A stretch of DNA of 64,000 nucleotides. Origin: Anaerolineae bacterium (GTDB taxonomy: Bacteria > Chloroflexota > Anaerolineae > S140-20). The translations under genes were made by a program, and so were the position numbers. The DNA lies in NCBI GenBank assembly GCA_027021705.1, contig JALUTT010000010.1, forward strand, positions 8,211 to 72,210, written 5' to 3'. This document shows, piece by piece, positions 9,258-18,462 of the stretch (the first letter of the stretch is position 1; each line of letters begins with the position of its first letter). The notes under the pieces are model-generated. The model searched no databases and was not told the DNA's origin. It saw only the letters and a list, made by a program, of their open reading frames with translations.

Positions 9258-9917
9258 ATGGAGAACCTGGAACCCATCCTGGAGCGGATTCGTCTTCGTT
9301 TTGAGGCGGAGAACCAGGTGCGCGAGGAGACCCTGCGCCGCTCCCGCGAACTGACCCGCCTCTGTGCTACCGCCATCCGGGCCAGCCATCGCAACAACTT
9401 CGACGAGGCCGAACGGCTGCTGGCCGAGGCCCGGGCGGTGGCGGCTCGGATTCGGGAGGACACGGCAGCGTATCCGGCCATCTTCTACGCCGGCTACACC
9501 CAGGACGCCCTCAAGGAAATGGCCGAGGCCCACATCACCGTTGCCCTGGCCCACCACAGTCCACTGCCGGAGCCCGAGGCTCTGGGCGTCGAGTACCCGG
9601 CCTACCTCAACGGCCTGGCCGAGGCCGCCAGCGAGATGCGCCGCCGTGCCCTCGACATCATCCGGCGCGGCCATTCTCAAGAGGCCGAGCGGCTCCTGGA
9701 GGCGATGGACACCATCTACGGCCTGTTGGTCACCTTCGACTTCCCCGACGCCATCACGGGAGGGCTGCGCCGTCGGATGGACCAGTTGCGGGGCGTGCTG
9801 GAGCGCACCCGAGGGGACCTGACCCTGAGCATCCGGCAGGAGCAGCTCCAGCGGGCGCTCCAAGCTTCTGAGGAGCGGACGACCGGTGAACCACCGAAAG
9901 CGTCGGAAGAGCGCTGA
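9258..9917 (+). CDS. Translin/TRAX-family protein
   Basis: 'REETLRRSREL', 'KEMAEA' and 'YLNGLAEAASEMRR' match the translin-family pattern with acidic catalytic residues. Confidence 0.8.
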   Translation: MENLEPILERIRLRFEAENQVREETLRRSRELTRLCATAIRASHRNNFDEAERLLAEARAVAARIREDTAAYPAIFYAGYTQDALKEMAEAHITVALAHHSPLPEPEALGVEYPAYLNGLAEAASEMRRRALDIIRRGHSQEAERLLEAMDTIYGLLVTFDFPDAITGGLRRRMDQLRGVLERTRGDLTLSIRQEQLQRALQASEERTTGEPPKASEER

Positions 9918-10155
9918 ACTGCCCGTTGTCCGGGCCAGCGAGATCGGGGCCTACGCCTACTGCGCCCGGGCCTGGTGGCTGGGCCACGTCCAGGGCGTGC
10001 CGCCATCGGAGACGGCACGCCTGGAAGCCGGCACCCGGTTCCACCGGCAGCACGGGCGGGGAGCGGCTCAGGGCGTGTGGGCCTGGCGGCTGGCCCTCTT
10101 CTTCTTCGCCCTCGCCCTCCTGGCCGCCCTGCTGGCGCTCCTCACCCTCGGCTGA
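9886..10155 (+). CDS. Cas4-like N-terminal fragment with C-terminal TM helix
   Basis: 'VRASEIGAYAYCARAWWL...GTRFH' resembles the Cas4/AddB N-terminal (S..YC.R..W..G..H) segment; hydrophobic C-terminus. Confidence 0.7.
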   Translation: MNHRKRRKSAELPVVRASEIGAYAYCARAWWLGHVQGVPPSETARLEAGTRFHRQHGRGAAQGVWAWRLALFFFALALLAALLALLTLG

Positions 10156-10172
10156 GACCGGAAGGAGGTGCC

Positions 10173-10694
10173 GTGCTCTTCCTGGGACTGGCTCTCGCCT
10201 TTCTGGTAGTGGGGCTGATCGGGCTCTGGTGGAGCCGGCGGCGGTGGGCGGCAGCCGGCCTGCCCCACGGCCAGATCGTCTACGCCGACGTGGGAGACGC
10301 CTTCCCCGTCCAGGAGGCCCTCTATGATCCCCAGTTGCGCCTGGTGGGCCGGCCCGACTACCTGGTGCGCCAGGGCCGGACCCTCATCCCCGTCGAGGTC
10401 AAGTCGGGGCGGGCGCCGGCCCGAGGGCCGTACCGCTCCCATCTCCTGCAACTGGCCGCCTACTGCCATCTGGTCGAGGCGCAGACGGGCCACCGCCCGC
10501 CCTACGGCCTCATCCGGTACGCGGACCGGACGGTGGCGGTGAACTACACCCCGGCGCTGCGGGAACACCTCGTGCAGACCCTGGCTCGGCTGCGGGCCGA
10601 CCGTCAGGCCACTGAAGTGCATCGGGACCACCATCAGCCGGCTCGGTGCCGCGCCTGCGGCTACCGTGACCGCTGCGATGAAGCCCTAGCCTGA
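10173..10694 (+). CDS. Cas4-like PD-(D/E)XK nuclease, C-terminal part, with N-terminal TM helix
   Basis: GTG after aaggaggt; 'LVGRPDY...PVEVKS...QLAAY' and C-terminal CxxC-x5-C. Confidence 0.85.
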   Translation: MLFLGLALAFLVVGLIGLWWSRRRWAAAGLPHGQIVYADVGDAFPVQEALYDPQLRLVGRPDYLVRQGRTLIPVEVKSGRAPARGPYRSHLLQLAAYCHLVEAQTGHRPPYGLIRYADRTVAVNYTPALREHLVQTLARLRADRQATEVHRDHHQPARCRACGYRDRCDEALA

Positions 10695-10756
10695 CCCAGC
10701 ACGCAACACGCGACACGTGACCCATAACCCGCCACACCGTCCTCCAGGAGGCCCCG

Positions 10757-13700
10757 GTGAGATGTCCTCAGTGCCACCGTGAGGGGCTGCGCCCTCCTGA
10801 CCCCTGCCCCCACTGCCACTTCAGCGGCGATCCCGCCCTGCTGGAGGAGTTGGCCCACGTCGCCTACCTGCTGGCCGAGATGGAGGGCTGGAACCTGCCG
10901 CCCAGCCTCCTGGCCCGCCTCCAGAACCGCTACCGGCGCCGTCAGACCGCCTTGGAGATCGCCCTCGGCCTTCGTCCCCTGCCCCTCTCCTCGGCTGATG
11001 CCCGCCAGCTCTGGTGGGAGGTCATCTGTCTGGAGGCGCTTCAGGAGCGGCTGGCCCACTGGGAGGAAGCGGGCTGGGTACGTCCCGGGGCCGCTCAGGA
11101 GCTGGCCGAGGAGTTGCAGCAGCGCCTCCAGACGCTGCAGGCCCGCCTGGCCGACGGCCCCCCTGCCCCGCCCTTCAGCACCCTCACCGACCGCCTGGCC
11201 CTGCTCCGCTTTCTGCACCAGTCCCTGGACGACTTGCAGGACCGGGATGGCCTGGTGGACGAGGAAGCTTACGCTGCCGCTGCCGCCGACCTGGAGGCGG
11301 AGATCGAGGCCATCGAGGTCACATTGGGGTTGCGCCCTGCCCCCAAACCTGTCCCCGAGCCCGCCCCATCGCCTCCGGCGGAGGCCGAGGTCGGCCTGGA
11401 GCCGCCCCCTCCTCTCTCCCAACGCCTCCGCGCCTGGTTCGACCGGGAGCGCCTCTGGCAGACCCTCCTCTCCGAGCGGACGCTGCGGGCGATGCTCTTC
11501 CTGGGCGTCTTCCTCCTCTTCGCTGCCGCCGTCACGCTGGTCGTCTTCAACTGGGGCCGCTTCCCGCCGGCGGTGCAGGTCTTCTTCCTGGCTGCCTTCA
11601 CCTTCCTCTTCTACGCCCTGGGCTGGTACGTGCGGGTCTCGATGAGGCTGCGCAACTCCGGCATCGCCCTCACCGCCACCGGATCCCTCCTGGTCCCGTT
11701 GGACTTCTACGCCTTCTACCTGGGCGGCGGCTTCACGCCCTATGCCACGCCGGAGCAGGTCTGGTTCCTCACCTCGGTCGTCTGTCTACTGGCCTACCTG
11801 GTCACCGTCTGGGCCATCGAAGCCGAGTTCTTCGGCTACCTGGTGGCCGGGGCCGCCGGAAGCCTCCTCGCCGCGACGATGCGGATCGCCGGCCTTCCCA
11901 CCGACGGACAGATCGCGGCCCTCAGCGCCTTGGCCCTGCTGATCGCGTTGCTGGCCGAGAGGGTGCGGGAGACGAAAAGCCGCTGGCGCGTTCTCCATCG
12001 CCCCTTCTGGCACGCCGCTCTCCTGGGCGTTACCGTGATCCTGTCCCTAGCCTTCGGGCGCTACCTGGCCGGGCTGCTCGGGGAGCGCTCCTTCCGCGCT
12101 GCCCTCGCCGCATCCTGGTGGTTCGGCAGCACCGTCTACGCCTTGGGAGCCCTGCGCTTCCGTTTTCGCCCCCTCTGGAGCCTTGGAATGGTGGGGCTGT
12201 CGGTGGCCCTCTACCTCACCCAAACGCTCCCCCTCGAGCGGGCCGGCCTGGCCTTCGCCTGGCACGCGCCCGGCCTGGCCGGGCTGACGGCCTTCTACGC
12301 CGTCCTCGGCCGCCGGCTCTACACCCACGACCGAGCCGACCCGCTGCGTCGCGCCTGTGGGCGTGTCACCCTGACCTGGAGTACCCTGCTGACCGGCATC
12401 GCGACCCTCTGGTCCTTCGCCAACCCGGTCACCGCCCAGGACGTTGCCACCGTCACCGGTGCCATCCTGACGCTCTCGACGGCGCTGACGGCCTGGCTGT
12501 GGCAGCAGCCCCGCCGGCTCTTCGCCGCCAGCTTCTTCTCCCTCCTCGCCATCACCACGGCAATGGCCTCCCGGGGCCTGACCCTGGCCCAGCTCTGCCT
12601 GGGCTGGACCTTGCTGGCCGTGCTCCACCTGATCCTGGCCGTCCGCCTGCGAGGGCATCCCCCCTTCGCCGCCTCCCTCTACGCCGCCGGGTTCGGGCTG
12701 GCGGCGCTGGCCCTGCTGCCTCCCCTGGTGGGCGGGGAGCAGGGATTGCTCGTCTACGCCCTGGGCAACTGGATCGTCCTGGCCGCCTGGGCCGCCTGGC
12801 TGGACCGCACCGGGCAGCACCCCGGCCTGGGGATCGCCCTCCGCCCCTTGGGCCGCCTGGCCCCCACCGCCCTCTCCTGGGCCGCCGCCCTTCCCCTCCC
12901 CCTCTGGCTCTGGCTGACCTGGACCCACACCTGGTCCCTGGGCCGCTTCGACCGGGCCTGGCTGGGCGTCGCCTTGGCCCTGCTCGCCGGGGCCCTCGTC
13001 CACCTTCCGCCCCGGTCCTCCCTCGCCCTCCCTTGGCGGGCTACCGGCTACCTCACCACAGCCGTGGCCGTTGCCGCCGGCCTGGCCTACTTCGTCGGTG
13101 ACCGACGCCCGCTGGCGCTCCTCTTCCTGCTCATCGCCGTCCTCTACTTCGCCTCCGCCGGGCGCTTCCGGCAGCGGCGGTGGCTCGTGCCGGCCGGGGT
13201 GACGCTGCCGGTGGCCTGGTGGCTCATCCTGGCCCACCACCGCCTGCCGACCGCTCCTACCGGCTCCCTGATGGCGCTGGTGCCGGCCCTCTACCTGCTG
13301 GGGGGGCTGCTGCTGGTCCACCGCCGGCGCGTCGAGGGGAACTTCCTGAAGCCGCTCAACTTCATCGCCCACGGGCTGACGGTGGTGGCCCTGTTGTGGG
13401 GGCTCGCGCCCCTGGGGACCCGGCTGGTGCGGAGCGTCGGGTGGGCCGATCCCGACCGCCTCTGGGCCGCCGGGGGGCAGGTGCTCCTGGGCATCGTCTA
13501 TGGGCTGGTGGCCTGGGGCTACCGTCGGGAGCGATGGGCTCACCTGGCAACTTGGCTGGGCGTCAGCGCCGGGGGCATCGTCGCCACCGTCTACAGCCAC
13601 GGGCGGGGCTCTTCGGCGGCCAAGGCGGCGCTGCTCGCCGTCGCCTACGTCTTGGCGGAACGGACGCTGTTGGCCCTGCGTCCGCGCTGGCCCCTCGCCC

Positions 13701-16489
13701 CCCGGGTCTGGCGGCTCTACCGTCGTCCGCTGCTCGTCGCCGGCTGGGCCGTCTCCGGCGGCACCGTCGTGCTGGCCCTCCTCCGCAACCTGGTGCTGTT
13801 GGGGGGTGGTCGGGTGCGGGAGACCTGGGCCGTCATCGGACTGCTCATCATCGTCGGCCTCTACGCCCTCTCCGCCCGCCTCTTCCGACGCCCCCTCTTC
13901 GTCTGGCTGGCGGCGGTGCTCGTCGTCATCCCCTGGACTCTCCTCACCCACCTGGGCTGGTTCTTCCTCCCCCATCCCCTTCGCCTGCCCCAGTACGCCC
14001 TCGCCTGGCTGGTCCTGGCCTGGCTCCAGGTGGGGCTTGGCCTGGGGCTCGAGGCCCGAGGCGCCCGTCCCTATGGCCTTCCCCTTCGCGTCGTCGCCCA
14101 CCTGCTGGCCCCCTTCGGCCTGCTCTGGTCCCTGGCCGACCCCCCCACCGCCAGCATCGGTTGGGGGCTGGGCGTCGCCTTCTACGCCGTCTCGACGCTG
14201 GTGGACCACCGGCGGATGCCAGGGCAGGCGAGGGCGGCCCGCTTCCTCTACCCGACCGCGCTCCTGACGCCGGCCTGGACCGTCTACCTGATGATCCGCT
14301 TCGCGCCGACGGCCCAGCATCACCACTTCGGGCTCCTGCTGCTGGCCTTCGGACCGCTGGGCCTGCTGATCGGACGCCTGTTGCGGCGCATTCATCCTGC
14401 CGATGCGCTTCCCACCTACCTGGCCGCTTACGGCGCCGTCCTGGTCGGCACGCTCCTCGTCGCCCACCTGCGGCCCTGGCTCATCGGCGTCCTGCTCTTC
14501 GACGCCGTCCTCGCCGCCATCTCCGCCTGGCTCCACGCCGAGCCCCTCTGGGGCTACCCGGCTACCGCCTTCCCCATCGTCTCCCTGATGCTGGCCCTGA
14601 CCGAGTTCCGGGTGGACCCGAACCGCCACGGCTGGCCGCTCATCGCCCTGGGCGCGGCCTACCTGCTGATCGCCCACGGATTGCGGCGGGCTCGCCGGGA
14701 GCGCTATGCCATCCCCCTGATGGCGGTGGCCTACATCGCGGTGGCCCTGGGGCTGCCCCCCTCCAGCCGCGATCAGGTAGGGGCTTTCTGGGGCTACGGT
14801 GGTGCGGCGGTGGTCTACGCCCTCTCGGCGGTCTGGTTGCGTCAGCCGCTCCTCCTGACGCCGGCCCTCCTGCTGGCAGCCGTGCCCTACGGCGTGGCCC
14901 TCGTCCGCTCGTCGGTGGCTCCGGCCGACTACGGGCTCGGACTCTGGCCGGGGATCGCCCTCGTGCTGGTCGTGGCCCACCTGCTCGACCGTCGCCTGGG
15001 GGCACCCCGCGACTTCCCCTGGGGAGTCCCTACCCGCTGGCCGAGGGCCCTGGGGGAGCGCTGGTTCACCTGGGCGGGGCTGCCCTTCTACGCGGTCGGC
15101 TACCTGGCCGCCGTTGTCGCCGTCGTCCTCTCGCTGGTCTTGGGAGACACCCTCCGAGTGGCCGCCACCCTGGGCCTGGCCGCGCTGGCCTACGCCCAGG
15201 CCACCTGGCGTTTCCGTCTGCGAGGGTGGCTCCTGGCCGCCGCCACGGCCGCCCAATTGGCCTGTCTGGCCCTGATCCATCGGCAGGTCGGTCTGGTCTG
15301 GCCTGCCCGCGCCGCCCTCGCCTTCCTGCCGGTGACGGCGGCCACCGCGCTGGTGGCCCTCCTGATCCAACGGTGGCTTGGAGAAGGCTCCCCTTGGAGG
15401 GGGTGGCGTGCTCTGGTCGCCGGGTGGTCCCGTCCCCTCTACCTCCTCCTGATGGCGGACCTGGCCCTCGGACAGGGGGCTGCTTTCGCCGAGGCGGGGC
15501 CGGGTGGGCTGGTCTCCCTGGGCCACGCCCTGATCGTCGCGCTGCTGGCTTCTGCCTGGATGCTGGGGCCGGCCACCTACGCGGCGATGGCGTTGGGCGT
15601 GCTGGCCCTCTTCCAGCGGTTGACCGCCTCCCACGCCCCGCTGGAGCGCTGGTTGGAGGCGTTGGCTCTCCTGGCCCTGGGGTACGGGGTGGTCGGCTAC
15701 GGATTGCGCTACCTCTCCCGCCGGAGGGCGGCCCTGCCCCCCCGGCTGCGCCTTTGGGCGGAGCCGTTGGCCTACGGCGGGTTTAGCCTCACGACGGCGA
15801 CGCTGCTCTGGGCGGGGCTCTGGGGCGGAACCAGGGTGCTCTGGCTGACCTTCCTGGTCCTCATCGAGCAGCCCCTGCTGACGGCGGCCCAGGTGCCTGT
15901 GGTGCAGATGGTGATCACGGTGTCAGCCCTGGCCGGCCTGACCTACCTGGCGGTGGCGTTGGTCGAGAGGTGGCGTTGGCTGGGCTACGGCGCGGTGGCG
16001 CTTCTGTTGGTGGCCTACAACCTGGAACTGCTGCTCTTCCTCGGTCAGCGGGAGGTGCAGGGGTACGCGGTGCCGGCCGGCCTCTACCTACTGGGCATTG
16101 GCTATCTGGAGTGGCGGGAGGGGCATCGCCCCCTGGCCCGTTGGGTGGACCGCACGGCGTTGCTGCTGCTCTTCGGTTCGGCCTTCTGGCAGTCCCTGGT
16201 GATGGAAGGGGGGTGGCGCTATGCCCTGCTGATGGGGGGTGAGGGGCTGGGGGTGGCCTGGTGGGGCAGTGCCCGGCGGCTGCGCCGTTTCCTCTACGGC
16301 GGCGTGAGCGCCGTGGTGCTCGCCGTGGTCGGACAGCTTGTGGAGCCCCTCTTCTCCGTCAACCGTTGGATCGTCCTCGGGGCCGTTGGGTTGCTGTTGG
16401 TGGGCGTCGCCACGCTGGTCGAGCGGCGGCTGGAGGCGGTGCTGCAACTCTCGCAGGAGCTGCGGGAGCGGCTGGAGCGGTGGGAGTAG
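10757..16489 (+). CDS. Very large polytopic membrane protein with N-terminal zinc ribbon (DUF2157/SCO7613-like, tentative)
   Basis: 1910 aa, CPQC..CPHC N-terminus, helical soluble region, then dozens of hydrophobic segments; RBS aggagg. Confidence 0.8.
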   Translation: MRCPQCHREGLRPPDPCPHCHFSGDPALLEELAHVAYLLAEMEGWNLPPSLLARLQNRYRRRQTALEIALGLRPLPLSSADARQLWWEVICLEALQERLAHWEEAGWVRPGAAQELAEELQQRLQTLQARLADGPPAPPFSTLTDRLALLRFLHQSLDDLQDRDGLVDEEAYAAAAADLEAEIEAIEVTLGLRPAPKPVPEPAPSPPAEAEVGLEPPPPLSQRLRAWFDRERLWQTLLSERTLRAMLFLGVFLLFAAAVTLVVFNWGRFPPAVQVFFLAAFTFLFYALGWYVRVSMRLRNSGIALTATGSLLVPLDFYAFYLGGGFTPYATPEQVWFLTSVVCLLAYLVTVWAIEAEFFGYLVAGAAGSLLAATMRIAGLPTDGQIAALSALALLIALLAERVRETKSRWRVLHRPFWHAALLGVTVILSLAFGRYLAGLLGERSFRAALAASWWFGSTVYALGALRFRFRPLWSLGMVGLSVALYLTQTLPLERAGLAFAWHAPGLAGLTAFYAVLGRRLYTHDRADPLRRACGRVTLTWSTLLTGIATLWSFANPVTAQDVATVTGAILTLSTALTAWLWQQPRRLFAASFFSLLAITTAMASRGLTLAQLCLGWTLLAVLHLILAVRLRGHPPFAASLYAAGFGLAALALLPPLVGGEQGLLVYALGNWIVLAAWAAWLDRTGQHPGLGIALRPLGRLAPTALSWAAALPLPLWLWLTWTHTWSLGRFDRAWLGVALALLAGALVHLPPRSSLALPWRATGYLTTAVAVAAGLAYFVGDRRPLALLFLLIAVLYFASAGRFRQRRWLVPAGVTLPVAWWLILAHHRLPTAPTGSLMALVPALYLLGGLLLVHRRRVEGNFLKPLNFIAHGLTVVALLWGLAPLGTRLVRSVGWADPDRLWAAGGQVLLGIVYGLVAWGYRRERWAHLATWLGVSAGGIVATVYSHGRGSSAAKAALLAVAYVLAERTLLALRPRWPLAPRVWRLYRRPLLVAGWAVSGGTVVLALLRNLVLLGGGRVRETWAVIGLLIIVGLYALSARLFRRPLFVWLAAVLVVIPWTLLTHLGWFFLPHPLRLPQYALAWLVLAWLQVGLGLGLEARGARPYGLPLRVVAHLLAPFGLLWSLADPPTASIGWGLGVAFYAVSTLVDHRRMPGQARAARFLYPTALLTPAWTVYLMIRFAPTAQHHHFGLLLLAFGPLGLLIGRLLRRIHPADALPTYLAAYGAVLVGTLLVAHLRPWLIGVLLFDAVLAAISAWLHAEPLWGYPATAFPIVSLMLALTEFRVDPNRHGWPLIALGAAYLLIAHGLRRARRERYAIPLMAVAYIAVALGLPPSSRDQVGAFWGYGGAAVVYALSAVWLRQPLLLTPALLLAAVPYGVALVRSSVAPADYGLGLWPGIALVLVVAHLLDRRLGAPRDFPWGVPTRWPRALGERWFTWAGLPFYAVGYLAAVVAVVLSLVLGDTLRVAATLGLAALAYAQATWRFRLRGWLLAAATAAQLACLALIHRQVGLVWPARAALAFLPVTAATALVALLIQRWLGEGSPWRGWRALVAGWSRPLYLLLMADLALGQGAAFAEAGPGGLVSLGHALIVALLASAWMLGPATYAAMALGVLALFQRLTASHAPLERWLEALALLALGYGVVGYGLRYLSRRRAALPPRLRLWAEPLAYGGFSLTTATLLWAGLWGGTRVLWLTFLVLIEQPLLTAAQVPVVQMVITVSALAGLTYLAVALVERWRWLGYGAVALLLVAYNLELLLFLGQREVQGYAVPAGLYLLGIGYLEWREGHRPLARWVDRTALLLLFGSAFWQSLVMEGGWRYALLMGGEGLGVAWWGSARRLRRFLYGGVSAVVLAVVGQLVEPLFSVNRWIVLGAVGLLLVGVATLVERRLEAVLQLSQELRERLERWE

Positions 16490-16496
16490 GGGGCGG

Positions 16497-16640
16497 GTTG
16501 CGAATTGCAAGTTGCAGATTGCAAGTGGTTTGTCAACTGAGATTTTGGTGGGCGCGAAACAGCCTTATAGGGAGGTGCTCACACCCACAAATTCGGGGTT
16601 GACGGTCCACAAGTTGCAAATTGCAAATTGCAAGTTGCAA
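16497..16640 (+). repeat. TTGCAAA-type heptamer arrays upstream of four-helix-bundle gene
   Basis: ttgcgaa/ttgcaag/ttgcaga at 16498-16525 and ttgcaaa/ttgcaag at 16614-16640. Confidence 0.85.
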
Positions 16641-16670
16641 AGGCAAGGTGTTGGTTGAGGAGAAAGGCGG

Positions 16671-17081
16671 ATGGATTACAAAGGGTGGGAGCAGCAGGTG
16701 CCAGCGGAGGTCAAGGAAGATGCCTTGTGGCAGATGAAAGCTTACCGGCTGGCACTCTTCCTCTACGACTTGGCTTGGCGGGATTGCGAGAAGCTGATGC
16801 AGGACCTGAGGGGCGGGGAGGTGGCGAAGCAACTCATCCGCAGTGCAGGGTCCATAGCGGCCAACATCGAAGAGGGCTTCGGTCGGGGCTTTGGCAGGGA
16901 GTACGCCTATTTCTTGCGCGTCTCCGTCGGTTCAGCCCGTGAGACCCGGGGCTGGTACTACCGGAGCCGCCGCCTGCTGCCTTCCGCCGTCGTGGAACAC
17001 CGCATCGCCTTGCTGAGCCAGATTACGGCCCTCCTCATCACTGCCGTGAATCAGCAGAAGCAGCGTTCCCGCCATCGCTAA
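16671..17081 (+). CDS. Four helix bundle protein (23S rRNA IVS-protein / Avd-like family)
   Basis: 'QLIRSAGSIAANIEEGFGR...YFLRVSVGSARET' family motif. Confidence 0.9.
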   Translation: MDYKGWEQQVPAEVKEDALWQMKAYRLALFLYDLAWRDCEKLMQDLRGGEVAKQLIRSAGSIAANIEEGFGRGFGREYAYFLRVSVGSARETRGWYYRSRRLLPSAVVEHRIALLSQITALLITAVNQQKQRSRHR

Positions 17082-17090
17082 CTCAGAAGC

Positions 17091-17170
17091 AGCAAATTGC
17101 GAATTGCAAATTGCAATCTGCGAGTTGCAATCTGCAATTTGCAATTTGCAATCTGCAATCTGCAATCTGT
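17091..17170 (+). repeat. Heptamer array downstream of four-helix-bundle gene, largely complementary to upstream array
   Basis: gcaaatt units switch to gcaatct/gcaattt units, the reverse complement of the upstream units. Confidence 0.85.
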
Positions 17171-17183
17171 ATGGGAGTAACCT

Positions 17184-18461
17184 ATGCACATCCGCTGGAA
17201 GTGGCTCGTCGTGTGGGGGGGGCTGCCCCTCTTCCTGCTGGGGCTGTTGGCCCTGATGGGGGGATGCCTCTTTCTGTCGTTGGCGGTCGTGCTGGGGGAA
17301 GAGGGGTGGGGAGCAGGCACCGGCCTGGTCTGGTTCCTCTTCCTGGTCGTGGCCCTCGGTGGTGGCGGCATCACCCTGGTCCACGGGCTGCGCTCGCTGA
17401 GCGGCATTCCCTCCCGGCCCCTGCGCCTGCCCCCCATCTGGGGGCTGGGGGGAAGCTTCTTCCTGGCCTTGGTGGTCGGGATCGGGGTGCGGTCGGTTGA
17501 CCTCTGCCTCCCCGTCGGGTTCCCGCCCCTCTTCGTGGCGGCGACCTTCCTGCCACCCCTCGTCGCCGTGGCCTGGATGGTGGATCACCGTCCCGGCCGG
17601 CTCACTGGGCGGCGAGCGGCGGTGGCCTTCGTCGCGGGAGCGACCGTCTCGGTGGTGCTGGCCCTCCTGCTGGAGGTCCTGCTGCCGAGCCTGGTCCTGG
17701 CCTTGGTCTGGGGGCTGGCTGACCTGGTCCTGCCTGCCATAGACGGCCTGCTCCAAGCCCTGGCCGGCGGGGATGTGGCTGCTGCGCTCACCTCCCCCGG
17801 CTTCCTCTTCGCGATGGTGCAACTGGCGGTCATCGCCCCCCTGGTGGAGGAGTTCGTCAAGCCCCTGGTGACGTTGCCCCTGCTGGGGCGGCTGGAGCGG
17901 CCGCGCGACGCGCTGCTCCTCGGGGCCGTGGCCGGGGCGGGGTTCGCCGCCCTGGAGAACGCCGTCTACGCAGGATTTGGCCTCTCCGTCTGGGCCGGCA
18001 TCCTGCTGGTGCGGGCCATAGGCGCGGCCATTCACCCCTTGGGTGCGGGGTTGACGGCGATGGGGTGGCACGGGCTGCTGCGACGGCGGCCTGGTGCCGG
18101 TCGCCGCTGGCTGGAGCGGTATGGCCTGGCCGTGGGGATCCACGCCCTTTGGAACGGCGGTTCGCTCCTGGTGCTGACGCTGAGCGGAGCCAACTTCTTT
18201 GGGAGCCCACCGCCTGAGGTGGACGTGCTGGGGGTGACGGCGGGGGGCGTGCTGCTGGCGCTCTTGGCCGTCGAGGGGGCGGCCGTCTGGATTGGAGCAC
18301 GGGCTTTGTCCCGGCGGCTTCTCCCGGAGGAGGCGGCCCCTTCGGAGTTGGCGGGGCGGGCCGTCGAGCGGGCCATTGCCCTCTGGGCCTTCGTCTGCCT
18401 GCTGGTGTTGGTCCCGGTGGGGCTGGCGGCGTTGCGCTCGGCCTGGTGGGGAGGTGGATAG
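17184..18461 (+). CDS. PrsW family intramembrane metalloprotease
   Basis: 'APLVEEFVK', 'GAGFAALEN', 'IHP' and 'IHALWN' PrsW motifs. Confidence 0.88.
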   Translation: MHIRWKWLVVWGGLPLFLLGLLALMGGCLFLSLAVVLGEEGWGAGTGLVWFLFLVVALGGGGITLVHGLRSLSGIPSRPLRLPPIWGLGGSFFLALVVGIGVRSVDLCLPVGFPPLFVAATFLPPLVAVAWMVDHRPGRLTGRRAAVAFVAGATVSVVLALLLEVLLPSLVLALVWGLADLVLPAIDGLLQALAGGDVAAALTSPGFLFAMVQLAVIAPLVEEFVKPLVTLPLLGRLERPRDALLLGAVAGAGFAALENAVYAGFGLSVWAGILLVRAIGAAIHPLGAGLTAMGWHGLLRRRPGAGRRWLERYGLAVGIHALWNGGSLLVLTLSGANFFGSPPPEVDVLGVTAGGVLLALLAVEGAAVWIGARALSRRLLPEEAAPSELAGRAVERAIALWAFVCLLVLVPVGLAALRSAWWGGG

Positions 18462-18462
18462 G

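Noticed and set aside
9886..10694. CRISPR-Cas adaptation module
   Set aside because: No cas1/cas2 or array in the window, and the TM anchors indicate a solo Cas4-like nuclease
12047..15634. 1195-aa minus-strand ORF and other long alternate-frame ORFs
   Set aside because: Shadow ORFs of the 1910-aa membrane protein; low-complexity G/R/P composition
16671..17081. Diversity-generating retroelement (Avd)
   Set aside because: No reverse transcriptase and no TR/VR pair with adenine-specific mismatches seen
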